From Octopus sinensis (taxonomy: Eukaryota): 64,000 nucleotides of DNA. Of the stretch, positions 12,430 through 25,671 are shown piece by piece. How positions within the stretch are numbered: position 1 is the first letter of the stretch; the number at the start of each line of letters is the position of its first letter. The DNA is taken from NCBI RefSeq assembly GCF_006345805.1, contig NC_043005.1, positions 7,192,001 to 7,256,000 on the forward strand. The letters run 5' to 3'. The position numbers were made by a program, and so were the translations under genes. Under the pieces are notes generated by a model. That model saw nothing but the letters and a program-made list of their open reading frames with translations, made no database searches and was not told the DNA's origin.

Positions 12430-14972
12430 ATGGGGGGGGAGGGGGAGATAAGTTTCCTGGGCCTAACAGATCCTGAAGAGAACAATGCCAAAGCCATGAC
12501 TGAGAGACCTGTTAATGAAGAAAACACTGAAGATACTGGGCCTGCCTCCACCACTATAGATAACCAAAGAGATGAGAGGGCTGAGAAAGGAAGAAAACAA
12601 AAACAAATCAATGGCAAAACAAAAGCTTCCAAAAACCACAAAGAGGAAGAAGTGAATAAGAAAAGGAAGCAAAAATCAAAAAGTATAGCCTCCAAGATAA
12701 ACCATGACAGAAGACAAAGCAGGCTACCCAAATGTGGAGTTTCCAGTGAAAACTCCAAAATAAAAGGAAAAACATACTTTGGGGCAAATAACAGTGCTCC
12801 TCCAACAATGTGGGTAAAAGAAATAGGAGGTACGAAAGTAGAAACATGCAGATTTTACCTGCAAGGAAATTGCTGGCATGGCGACAATAGTGCAAACTGC
12901 TGTTTTGCATATATGAAACCCTGGCAAAACTGCTAGGACCTGAATTAGAACTTCTTTCCAAGAGGAGGACAAAGAGAAGGGCACCAAAGAAGAAGACATA
13001 GCCCCTTGTCTGCTCCTAAAAGATGATATGCAGACACAGTGCATCCTACTCCAAACAACCAGCTTCACCCACATGTGAAAAGAGCAGCAGCTGAACAAAA
13101 GTTTTTCGTATACATGGTACAAAATTCAGTACAGCAGCTGACCTGGTTAAATCAAGCACAGACTTGAAACCACAACCACCACAACACAAGGCCACCTCAG
13201 TCAACAAATACAAGATCGCTGCCACTAGCACCAACACAGGTATCAAACCAATATTTCAGTTAAGTATCAGAGATATGTTGCACCTCAACAACAAAACAAA
13301 AGTCACTTTCTTGAGAGACCTTGTTGCATGCAATCAAGCTCTATCCATAGCACTTCTAGAATTGCATCCTAGACCTGATATAGGGGATGCAAAGTACACA
13401 TACCAAAGTATGTTGTAATACAAATGGACAGAAGAGATAGGAACCATGGTTGCAGTATATATCTGTGAGGGCCTCATGCCCTAGGTCCTGCAGTCACATT
13501 TAAATTCAGTATATGGCACTCAAATTGTATGTATAAGACAACTCAATATTATCATATGAGGTACATATCACTCACTAGATGCTCCAAATCACACAGGCAT
13601 GTTTGAACGCTTGCCCGATCTCAATTTTCAGTATGAATACAGACCGCGAAAGTTTAGCCGATCAATCCTTTCCGAACAGCAGAAAGCTATGTGTCCGCCG
13701 AGAAGTGTCAGAAAAGTTCCCATGCAACACCCTTTTGGGTGATTTCAACGTCCCCAATGTGGGATGACCTGAGTGCCTCATACTCTCAGGGATGACACAC
13801 TGCCAACAAGCACAGGTGGAATCCTTGCTCAACCTTACTAATGCTTTATCCATGGAGCAAACTGTGCTCTAAACAACCAGGGCAAATAATATACTGGATC
13901 TCTTCACAGGAAGCCCAATGAGAATAAGTAAAAAAACTGAATGAACTGTTCAAAAGTGTTTTCACTACTCCTTTGGGACACAGGTAAGTGAACAAGCTAG
14001 CAAAGTTTTTACCACTTCACTTGTAACCAAAGAGACAATAATAATTGATTATACTGACATTAGAGATGTAATATTGGCCATAGAAGAGGTAAATGCAAAT
14101 TTAGCTACTGGCCCTGATGAATTCCCACCAATCCTTCTTAAATCATGCAAACAAACACTTGTACAATCACTGCAGCTTCTTTTTCAGTTTCCTTGCAAGT
14201 AGTACACTCCCAGGCAAATTGAAGGAGGGAATAATATGCCCTACCCATAAAGGAGGAATCAGAGCATATGCAAAAATTATAGGTCTATCTCTCTGACCTC
14301 ATACATCAGCAAAGTCATGGAGTCAATAGTTCTCAGGAAACTAATTGCATTCCTTGAAGAGTATGACTTGTTGACTGATATCCAGCATGGTTTCTGACCA
14401 AGTAGAAGCTGCTGGACACAGTCCTAACAGTGTTAAAGCAGCTGCTCAATAACACAAATGTGGATATGATATATCTCAACTGTGTAAAAGCCTTTGATGA
14501 AGTTGACCATGGAATGATATGTCACAAGCTGTGTGATCTTGGCATAGTCAGAAAACTTGGAGAGTAACTACACAACTTTCTAAAAGACAGAAGTCAGGCA
14601 GAGGCAGCCAATGGAGCCACTTCTAACAAAACATAAATAGTGAGTGGTGTTCCAAAGGGTACTGTCTTAGGGCCACTACTATTCATAGTGGCTCTCTCAG
14701 ATATACCCTCAGCTGTTCAGAAGCCACTCTTATTAGCTATGCAGGTGATACAAAAAGTATCTCAGAGGATACAGAAACCTGCAAAAATTGCACACCAGAA
14801 GTTGGATGCAATATATACGAAGGGTAAAAACAATAGCATGCAATTTAATGCTAGAAAATTCCAAGTTCAGCACTATCAGCATACAAAGCTGAATGAAATG
14901 CAGACACAAGACACTAGCTCAAGAGGGATTTTCAATTCCTGAATCCAAATCAGTGTGCGACCTGGGCATTAA
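12430..14972 (+). mobile_element. Decayed CR1-type LINE: ORF1-like region, APE endonuclease, RT
   Basis: Lys-rich ORF with Cys cluster CRFYLQGNCWHGDNSANCCFAY; EN motifs LLGDFNVP and TRANNILDLF; RT motifs YRSISLTS, QHGF, AFDEVDH, SGVPKGTVLGPLLF; internal deletion near 13905; contains the 28S insert. Confidence 0.85.
13606..13721 (+). pseudogene. 28S rRNA fragment (domain V, just 5' of the GTTACCACAGGGATAAC motif) embedded in a CR1 LINE
   Basis: gatctcaattttcagtatgaatacagaccgcgaaag...atcctt...gtgtcagaaaagtt is colinear with conserved eukaryotic LSU GATCTTGATTTTCAGTACGAATACAGACCGTGAAAG...GATCCTT...GGTGTCAGAAAAGTT. Confidence 0.88.
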
Positions 14973-15410
14973 CAGTGTAATAATGGCCTTCAACTAACAC
15001 TATCTTCTCCGAGACCCTGTGGCGCAAGTTGACCAAATTGATACTTATATATATGAATATAAGTATCAATTGAGATATGTATGTATGTATATGGATATAA
15101 GAATCAATTGAGATACATACATGTATGTATGTATGTATTCAAAGTTTGGGGGTTTAGTTCACAGGTGATCTAAACATTAGGTACGCTAGGTAAGTGCTGT
15201 AAGGGATTACTAGGGCTCCAAGGTTATAGCCAAGACGGTAGTTATGGAGCCATTTGAGATTTCCAATATAGCGGACATATAATTCCTAAAGAGGACAACG
15301 ACCATTAGAGCGGGGTAAACATCTCAAGTCGTATACAATATTATTATTATTCCCCACACTCAGGGATATCTCAGAAAAAGCTGTAAGACTCTGAATTTTT
15401 CCAATAATAA

Positions 15411-15801
15411 TCTTTATATATAAAAGTGAGGTTGTGTGCTGTCTGTCTCCTACGATTTAGATTCCTAACTACTCCCACATTTTGTGGTGCAGTTTAACCA
15501 AAACCGGGTATCTTATAGTTGTGATTCATATCGAGCCCTTATGGGTATTAGCATGCGTCTACGATGAGTCTACGATTTAAAAAAAAATTTACCATCATTT
15601 TTTCCATTTTAATGCATATTTTTCGCTATTATATAAGGGAAGTAACTCTCTAAAAATGTCTATGATGAGTCAACGATTTTTTAAAAAATTTACCATCATT
15701 TTTTTCCCATTTTTAATGCATTTTTTTGGCTATAACTCTCTAAAAATGCTTATATAGTTATTTCCCTTACAAACCCGAGCAACGCCGGGCGATACTGCTA
15801 G
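15411..15801 (+). mobile_element. Non-autonomous Helitron (type 1)
   Basis: 5' TC, 3' CTAG, subterminal hairpin cccgagc-aac-gccggg, inserted between A and T with no TSD; related copies at 58212-58611 and 60582-60977. Confidence 0.9.
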
Positions 15802-16262
15802 TATTGTATACAACTTGAGATGTTTGCCTTGCCTTGATGTTTGTTGTCCTCTTTAACAATTATGTATGTATTCATATATATATATATATATACACAGATG
15901 AATACAAGTATCAATTGAGATATGCATATTTATATATACAAGAATTACATAGATTTATATCAGTGATGCAAGAAACTAACAAGACAAGCATTCTGGTTGG
16001 ACATTATCATTCAATACAAAGTGGAATCAATTACCAAGGCAGGTTGCTATGTCAAAACAATCAACAACCAGTTAGTTGTAGAACAGACCTTAAAATATTA
16101 GAACGTTAAATTTGATAGATCAATTTTAAACAAATTCACAAAATGAACTTTCAAATATCAGAGTAATTTGGATGTTCTTCTAAACAAGTAATTACAAAGT
16201 TGATTTCAAAGTTTAAAATACTGAGTGAAATTTCAATATGATGTAATCTTCTCTTAAGCCAA

Positions 16263-16656
16263 TCTCTCTATATATAAAGCTGAAGTTGTCTGTGTATGGC
16301 AGGTTTGGTGGCCTTCAACTAACACTATCTCCTCCGAGACCCTATGGCGCAAGTTGACCAAAATTGAGAGTATGACAGAAGAAGGCTTGCTCTTCATTCC
16401 ATAGAAGATAAAATTCAAATCGGACCATGTTAAGACCAAAAATTATTTACATCAAAAAGGTGCTTTTTTTCTATGAAAATCCCTATTTTTTAATGATTTT
16501 TTGACTGCTGTGTCGCCATTTTTCAGTTTATTTGAACCAGAAAAATGTTTACTTAAAGAGAATAACAAGCTACATAATGCGAAATTTTTACTTTTCAAAA
16601 ATTCCAATTCTAAAGAGTCAAAAAAAAACTCGAGCAACGCCAGGCAATACTGCTAG
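16263..16656 (+). mobile_element. Non-autonomous Helitron (type 2, different interior)
   Basis: A|TCtctctatatataaag start; ctcgagcaacgccaggcaatactgCTAG|T end. Confidence 0.85.
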
Positions 16657-16947
16657 TTTAAAAATAAACCTTATAAATATTGGGGAAGAAACGTTACATT
16701 TGGATTTGTCGCCTACCACCACTTGACAAACATTGTTGTTATATTTACATATCCATAACTTAGTGGTTTGGCAAAAGATCCAGTAGAATAAGTACCAGGT
16801 TTAGAAAAATAAATAAGTGCTGGGATTTTGTTCAACAAAACCCTTTAAAGTGATGTACCAACATTTCTGCAGTCCAATAACTGAAACAAACAAAAGATAA
16901 AAGATAACGATTCTAAACGCCGTTCTAATTATATACAGGAAAGATAT

Positions 16948-17336
16948 ATTCTTTTCTACTCTAGGCACAAGGCCTGAAATTTTGGGGGAGGGGGGGCAAT
17001 CGATTAGATCAACCCCAGTACACAACAGGTACTTAATTTATCAACCCCAAAAGGATGAAAGGCAAAGTTGACCCCAGCGGAATTTGACCGTTCTAATTAT
17101 ATACAGGAAAGATATATTCTTTTCTACTCTAGGCACAAGGCCTGAAATTTTGGGGGAAGGGGGGGGGGCAATCGATTAGATCAACCCCAATACACAACAG
17201 GTACTTAATTTATCAACCCCAAAAGGATGAAAGGCAAAGTTGACCCCGGCGGAATTTGAACTCAAAACATAAAGTCAGACGAAATACCACTAAGCATTTC
17301 GTCTGGCATGCTAACATTTCTGCTAGCTTGCTGCCT
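16948..17336 (-). mobile_element. SINE family M variant with a ~170-bp tandem duplication of its 3' half plus flank
   Basis: 16919-17087 is repeated at 17088-17259; TSD-like tacaggaaagatatatt / tacagggaagatatatt (17337). Confidence 0.85.
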
Positions 17337-17704
17337 TACAGGGAAGATATATTATCAAAAAATAAACATTAGCAAATACTAGTAAGCATCGTAATGGTGT
17401 CAAATTTTAGCACAAGGCCAAAAATTTCAGAGTCAGGAGAGGGTAAGTCGATTAAATTGCCCCCAGTGCTCAACCGGTACATATGTTATTGTTCTCTGCA
17501 AGGAGGAAAGGCAAAACAGATACAATCAGGTGGTGCTACTAAGTTAGAAACGGCTTGGGCCAATCTGAAACATACCAAAGTTATCAATGGAAGTTATAAA
17601 AAGTATAACCTCATATTTCAAAATTTCAGGAGGAAGTGTCCCATGCCTAATAAACTAAAATACAAGGTAAATACAGACTTGTATCACTACACTACTTTGG
17701 TTAC

Positions 17705-17738
<34 letters not shown>

Positions 17739-17835
17739 GTATATATATTATCATCATCATTTAATGTCTCTTGCATACCACATTTGATGCCTCTTATGCC
17801 CAACTTTTCTCTCAAGATGCTTACACTCTGTCAAA

Positions 17836-18020
17836 CAACTGGCCTAGTGGTTAGGCTGTTGCACTCACAATCACTAGATCATGGGTTCATTTCCCTGAGT
17901 GGGCAGCATGTTGTGTTCTTGAGCAAAACACTTTGCTTCATGTTGAAGGTTAGAATAATGCAAATGCACATTGTGACCAGCAATGTGTAATAACATCTGA
18001 TAGCCTGGTCAGTCATGTGA
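17836..18020 (+). mobile_element. tRNA-derived SINE, head H2 + tail T2, internally deleted
   Basis: tggcctagtggttagg head, gtgttcttgagcaaaacacttt core, tail cacattgtgaccagcaatgtgtaataacatctgat matching the tail of 38031-38334. Confidence 0.7.
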
Positions 18021-18451
18021 TATATATATATATATATGTGTGTGTGTATATATATATATATACACACATAGAAGTGGATGCACGTGTTCTATCATATAAT
18101 AACAAAATAATAAATAAAACATATGCATATATACATACATATATTTACGTACCTACATGTATATATACATGCATATATGGGGAAACGCGGAGTAGATGAA
18201 AGAGAGGCGGCTGAAGAAGGGGAATTTTCCCTGTGTTGTATGTCTTGTACTCTGTTTTTTTGTTGTTTAAGAAAAATGTCCATTTCCTTGATTTGGTTTT
18301 GTGTTTATGTTTTCGTTTCTCATTGTGTCCGACGTTTTTTTGGTGTCCTGTATCCATATATGCATGTATATATACATGTAGATGTAGGTACGTACATATA
18401 TGTATGTATATATGCATATGTTTTATTTTTTTTTTATATATACACATACAG

Positions 18452-18844
18452 CTCTTTTCTCTTTTACCATTTTTCAGTTAATTGACTGCCGTCATGCTGG
18501 GGCATCACCTTGAAGGATTTTAGTTGAACAAATCAATCCTAGGACTTATTTATTTAAACCTAGTACCTATTCTATTGGTCTCTTTTGCCAAACTGCTATG
18601 TTACAGAGACATAAACACACCAACACCAGTTTTCAAGCAGTGGTGGGGGAACAAACATAGACACAAAGACACACACATATATAAGATTGGCTTTCAGTCT
18701 CCATCTATCAACTACACTCACAAGGCTTTGGTCAGTCCAGGGCTGCAGTAGAAGACAATTGCCCAAGGTACCATACAGTGGGATTGAACCTAGAACCATC
18801 TGGTTGGGAAGCAAGCTTTTTACCACACAGCCATGCCTGTGCCT
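18452..18844 (-). mobile_element. SINE family A, diverged
   Basis: Reverse complement similarity to 192-595 over the full length. Confidence 0.85.
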
Positions 18845-19219
18845 ACATATATAATTTCAAAAATTAAACAAAAGGCCAACAAGGAACAAATGGAAAATTG
18901 ACATACAAGATATTGACATGTGCTTTCCTCAGCAATTATTGCCCAAAAGTCATTATGATTTCACACCTTTAACGATAATATTATTTATTTTTGGTGGTGT
19001 CAACAGCAAAAAGCTGCTGGGAATTGTAGGCAAACATCGATGACAGAGGCAAATACAAATACGACAGAGATATACATACGTGTATACATATATATAAATA
19101 TATATATATATACACATATATGTATATATACATACACACACACACATTATATATACATACACACATATATATATACAGACAAACACACACATATATATAC
19201 ACACAAACACACACAAATA

Positions 19220-19339
19220 TATGGTTCCAGGTTCAGTTCCACAGTGTGGCACCTTTGGCAAGTGACTTCTATTATAGCTTCAGGCTAACCAAAGCCTTTG
19301 TGGGTGGATTTGGTAGGCAAAAACTGACAGAAGCCCATC

Positions 19340-19371
<32 letters not shown>

Positions 19372-19592
19372 GCGTGCGTGCATCTTTGTTTGCCGCCTCA
19401 CCATCACTTATCAATTGATGTTGGTGTTAATGTCCCTGTAACTTAACAGTTTGGCAAAAGGGTCCAATAGAAGAAGCACCAGGCTTACAAAGAATAAATC
19501 CTGGGGTTGATTTCTTCAACTAAAACCCTTCAAGGCAGTGCTGCAACATGGCCATAGTCAAATGACTGAAACATGTAAAAGAATAAAAGAAA
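19220..19592 (+). mobile_element. SINE family A, 5'-truncated and diverged
   Basis: atggttccaggttcagttccac ... tagtcaaatgactgaaacatgtaaaaga. Confidence 0.85.
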
Positions 19593-19690
19593 AGGCATAA
19601 ATAATGGGCCTTACACATTTATTTATTTGTGCATCTTCTACAATGCACAAATAAATGAATGTGTAAAGACCATTACTCATGCCTTTTCTT
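19587..19690. repeat. Inverted repeat, ~48-bp arms and 8-nt loop
   Basis: aagaaaaggcat...atttatttgtgcat [cttctaca] atgcacaaataaat...atgccttttctt with four mismatches and one G:T. Confidence 0.9.
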
Positions 19691-19889
19691 GTGTATCACT
19701 CATTGAAAACATGCCATATTAACTGTGTGATGCGACCATAGATTTACCAAGTTGACTTTGAATCTTACTGTAGGATTACTTGGAGTTCTATACTAATGAG
19801 AAAACCTTTTGTTAGCCTGGTTTATTTGTATTAGCAAAGAGCTTAAGTATCCTGCCTTGACTGATAATACCTTATTAATAAGGTATATA

Positions 19890-19930
<41 letters not shown>

Positions 19931-20424
19931 GAAAGAAAGAAATGGAGAATTATGGATGTATAATTCATTTATTTGCATGGTATTATTATGAGATTTAAAG
20001 TTTTTTTTTTATGAAAAACAATACAAATAAATTATAGAGCTCAAAAAGAGAAATGGCAGAAGTCAAAAACTTACATATATGTTTTGATTCATGCCCCTAG
20101 GTAATTTGTAATTCTAAGCATTTGGGAAGGGTCAAATGTTAAGAATTGGTCATCATTTTCAACTACGTGGGGCAGAAGAATATGTATTATTACAATAATC
20201 CCTGACATATCATCAAGATTTTCTCTTTATATGATAGTGATTAACCAGTGAAATTTTTGGATTATTTAATCTCTAATGAGGACTTGACATCCTGGAATTG
20301 ACTATATATATATATATATATAATTATCCGTAATAATGAAGGTAAATTAATTAATTTGGAAAAATTATCAATTACACCAAGTAGTCTTCGGCATGTAAAA
20401 GCCTCATCGAGGAAAATTTAAGTA

Positions 20425-20637
20425 ATACTAAGCATAAGGGGTTTAGCAACGAGTTGCCTTACCAACACAACCAATTTAGAAATAGCAGTCAAAGGGTTAT
20501 AGCTATTTCTTCTACTAAAAAGGAGATGTTTTTACTGAGATCTCCCTTTTAGTAAAGAAATAGCTATAACCCTTTGACTGCTATTCTAATTCGGTATGTG
20601 GTAAGGCAACTCGTTGCTAACCCTTATTGCTTAGTAT
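20425..20637. repeat. Inverted repeat, ~100-bp arms and 12-nt loop
   Basis: atactaagc...ttagcaacgagttgccttacca...tagcagtcaaagggttatagctatttctt...ggagat is mirrored from 20540 to 20637. Confidence 0.92.
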
Positions 20638-21011
20638 ATATATATATATATTATATATATATATATTATATATATTATAGACAGACCATAAATAGAGAGG
20701 AGATAGATATTTTATAATATATACTTAACATATTTTTCAACCGAAGATTGGGCCAGGCAATGTCTAACTTAATACCACCACCTGATAGGATAAGCTAAAT
20801 CATTTTTAAGTCAAGTTTTGTGGTATCATGGTCCATTTGAATAAGGAGATCTTGTTGAGTGAGTTGCGTCCAGGTATCGGTGGCTTATCTGGTATTCCTT
20901 GAAGATATTTGTACAGATTCCGTATATATAATCACCAGCATGAAATGATGATGATACATAATCTCATACACTTATGTATGTGCATATATTCATATACATT
21001 CATATATATAT

Positions 21012-21225
21012 ATTTCTTTACTACCCACAAGGGGCTAAACATAGAGGGGACAGACAAAGGGAGTAAGTCGATTACATCGACCCCAGTGCGAAACTGGTAC
21101 TTTATTTATCGACCCCGAAAGGATGAAAAGTAAAGTCAACCTCGGCGGAATTTGAACCCAAAACGTAACGACAGACGAAAAACCGCAAAGCATTTCGCCC
21201 GGCGTGCTAACGTTTCTGCCAGCTC
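21012..21225 (-). mobile_element. SINE family M
   Basis: Reverse complement of the 7434-7665 family, inserted in a TA microsatellite. Confidence 0.85.
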
Positions 21226-21332
21226 ATATATATATGTACATGTATTCACACATATATATATATGTACATATATTCACACACATATATATGTGTGTGTGTG
21301 TGAATATATTATTATATATATTTGGTAGAGAC

Positions 21333-21365
<33 letters not shown>

Positions 21366-21720
21366 TATACATATACATATGTAAATATATTCATATGTAC
21401 TTGTAGTCATATATATATTCTCAGAAAAATATGTATTCCTAAATATAAGAAATTTGCTTCGGGTTGAGTCCTACTACATGGTACGATGGACAACAGACTT
21501 TTAGCTTTATTACATATTGCCCTGAGCAAACCAAAGCTTTGCCAACGGAAGTAATAGACAGAAACTGCCTCATCCCATGTCTTCCTGGGTCTATCTCTTC
21601 CACAGTTAGAGATCAACATTTCTTTACACAGCTGTCCTGATCCATACGCATCACATAATCATACCATACATTTATATATATATTTATATATATCTATACA
21701 TATATGCATATAAATACATT

Positions 21721-21820
21721 NNNNNNNNNNNNNNNNNNNNNNNNNNNNNNNNNNNNNNNNNNNNNNNNNNNNNNNNNNNNNNNNNNNNNNNNNNNNNNNN
21801 NNNNNNNNNNNNNNNNNNNN
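21721..21820. other. Assembly gap (100 N)
   Basis: Run of 100 n flanked by (TA)n; contiguity and distance across it are unknown. Confidence 0.99.
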
Positions 21821-21869
21821 ATATATATATGAGTATATATACATATATAGTATATGTACCTATATATAT

Positions 21870-22007
<138 letters not shown>

Positions 22008-22191
22008 GGTATATGTACCTGTATAATATAGTTATATAATATATATATATAGGTATATATATATATATATAGGTATATGTACCTGTATATATATAGTTAT
22101 ATAATATATATATAAGTATATATTATATATGTATGTATATATATGTATATCTTTATATATGTGTTTGTGTATATGTTTGTATATATGTGTA

Positions 22192-23368
22192 TCCTTAAAT
22201 CTTTATAACTGATACAGCCCGAAAGCTGCAGCTATGCTGGGTCACCGCCATTGAATGAGCTACCCTAGTATGTGAAACCACCTCTGATATGTGGCACTTG
22301 GCCAACAAGGGAGTTCGACGCTGGTGCCCACATCTGTGTTTCCTGCTGAGAGGTAGGTTCACCTGGAACCCCTGACAAGAAGAGATCCAGTTTAGTTTTA
22401 AAGAAACCCACATCCACACCATGCAGGTCACTCAGGCATTTAGGAAGGATATTGAAGAGCTGTAGTTCCCCTGAAACCCAAGCTGTTGCAGTATCTGCTC
22501 CTGTATTTTGATGGTGATGTTGGGATCTTTGGCACCACACAGTTGCGCCCCATTCTGCTGTTGGTGTAACTTTCAATGCTAAAATTCTGGACAAGACCCT
22601 CCAGGATTTTTTAGATGTATATTACTGCATATCTCTCCTGCCTTCACTCCAGTGAGAAGAGTTTTAATACTTTCAGTCTTTCCCAGTGGCTGATATGTTG
22701 CATTGGGACGATCTTCATAGTGCGGCTGTGTTGCTGTTAAATTTATATTATGTGTGACTATAGTTGGGAGCAGTAGTCCAAGTGGCTGAGGACGAATGTC
22801 TTCCAAAGGACCGTCAGTGTCTCCTCTCTTGTTCTGAAAGTTCAGTGGATCCATCCAGCTAGCCGTCTGCATTTTAATTACAAAATTGGTAATATGCACT
22901 TAGAAAGATGCATCATTACTCATGTCAGTGCCCAGGTCACGAACTGGTTTTGACTCAGGAATTGCAGCTCTTCCCAGGCCAATGTATCCAGTTTGCATGT
23001 CGTTCAGCTTTGTGTGCCGGTAGCGCAGGGCTTGGAACTTCCCTGCATTAAACTGCATGTTGTTGTCCGCAGCCCACCTGTATATTGTATCCAGCTCTCG
23101 TTGCTGATGTGCAATATTTCCAGGGTTTTGTATTGTCTGAAAGACTTTTGTGTCATCTGCATAGCTAGCAAGGGTGACCATCTTACCAACTGAGGGCATG
23201 TCCGATAGGGCCTATATGAACTGCAGTGGCCCCAGACTGTACCCTGTGGAACACGATTTGTTATTTATGTTTCCTTGGAGGTTGCTCCATTGGCCACCAC
23301 TGCCTGCATTCTACCTTTTAGGAAGTTGTGCAGCCACTCTCCAAGTTTTCCGCCCATGCAAAGATCAT
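22192..23368 (-). mobile_element. CR1-type LINE 3' portion
   Basis: Minus-strand [33 protein letters not shown]...FKTKLDLFL; 3' UTR with stem-loop; truncated by microsatellite at about 23368. Confidence 0.9.
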
Positions 23369-23584
23369 GTATGCATATATATATATATACATATGTATAT
23401 ATATATGTGTGTATATATTACATATATATATATATACATACATATGTATATATATGTATATGGATGTATATATGTATATATATATATATATGTATCTATG
23501 TATATATTAGTAGATATATATATATGAGTATATGTATATATATGTACATTTATATATATATGTATATTTATATATATATGTATG

Positions 23585-23615
<31 letters not shown>

Positions 23616-24186
23616 GTATAAATATATATGTATATATATATGTGTATATATGTATGTGTATATATATATGTGTGTGAGTATATGTATATATGTGTGTGTA
23701 TATATATATGTATATACATACATCTATATATGTATACATGTATATGGATATACGTGTATTTATGTATATGGATGTATATGTGTGTATATATATATCTAGA
23801 TATATGTATATGTATGTATATTTATATGTATGTATATATTTATATATGTATGTGTATATATGTACATATATATATATGTATTTATATGTATGTATATATA
23901 TATATGTGTGTGTGTATATATATATGTATGGGTATATATGTATACGTCTGTATATATGTATGCATATATGTGTATGTGTATATATGTATATATGTATATA
24001 TATATATATGCATATATATGTGTATATATATGTATGCATATATATGTATATATACTTACGCATATATATGTGTATATATATGTATGCATATGTTTCTGTA
24101 TATATGCATACATATATAAATATGTGTGTATGCATATATATATACATATGCATATATATATAGACATGTATGCATATTTATGTGTG

Positions 24187-24220
<34 letters not shown>

Positions 24221-25632
24221 CGTATGCATATCTATGTATATGTACGCATATATGTATATGTATGCATATATATGTATGCAAATATATGTATATATATATA
24301 TGTATGCAAATATATATTTATATATATATATATATGCATATATATATATATACATATGTATAATTGTATGCATGCATATGTATATGTATATATATTTGTA
24401 TGTATGCATAAATATGTATATGTGTCAGTATATGTGTATGTATGTATGTATATATATATATATATATATGTGTGTGCATGTATATATATATATGGATATG
24501 TGTATGTATGCATATATATATATAATATATATATATAGGTATATGTGTATGTATGCATTTATATATACATCTGTGTATCTATGCATATATCTATATACGT
24601 ATATGTGCATCTCTGCATATGTATATGTATGCATATATGTGTATGTGTGCATATTTATGTATATGTATGCATATATATATTTGTATATGTATATGTATGC
24701 ATAAATATATATATATATGTATGCATATATATGTGTGTGTACATGTATGCATGTATATATGTGTATATGTATGCATATATGTATGTATTTATGTATATAT
24801 ATATATGTATATGTGTGCCTATATGTATGTATGTATTTATATATGTATATGTAAGTATTCATATATATGTATGCATAAGTATATATGTATATGTATATAT
24901 GTATGCATATATATGTATGTATATATGTCTATATATATATGTATTTTTTTAATATATGTATGTATGGTTATATGTATTACATATGTATTTAGATATTTGT
25001 ACCTGTATGTATAAATATATATATATGTTTATAGGTATATATTGCAATATATACATATATATCTGTATATGTATATATATATATGTATGTATGCATATAT
25101 TTATATTTGTGTTTACGTATATCTATATGTGTGTATGTATATATGTATATATATATATATAAATATGGATATATTTATGTATACATATGTATATGTGTAT
25201 GTATGCATATGTATATGCGTATCTATGCATGTGTATATGTTTATGCGTATGTATGCATGTATATATACATATGCGTATGTATGCATGTGTATATATATAT
25301 GCGTATGTATGCATGTGTATATACATATGCGTATGTATGCATGTGTATATATATATGCATATGTATGCCTATATGAATGGATATGCGTATGTATGCATAT
25401 GCAAATGTATATGGATATGCGTATGTATATATATGTATATAGATATGTGTATATATGTGCACATATATATATGGATATGTGTATATATGCATATATGTGT
25501 ATGTGTGAGTATATATATATATATACATAAGTATATGTGTGTGTATGTTTATATATGCATAAATATGTGTATATGTATATATACATATGTGTGTGTATGT
25601 ATGCATATATATATAGATATGTATATGTATGC

Positions 25633-25671
<39 letters not shown>

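Noticed and set aside
17394-17990. 198-aa ORF
   Set aside because: Runs through a SINE fragment, a TA microsatellite, an RTE piece and another SINE head; chance read-through.
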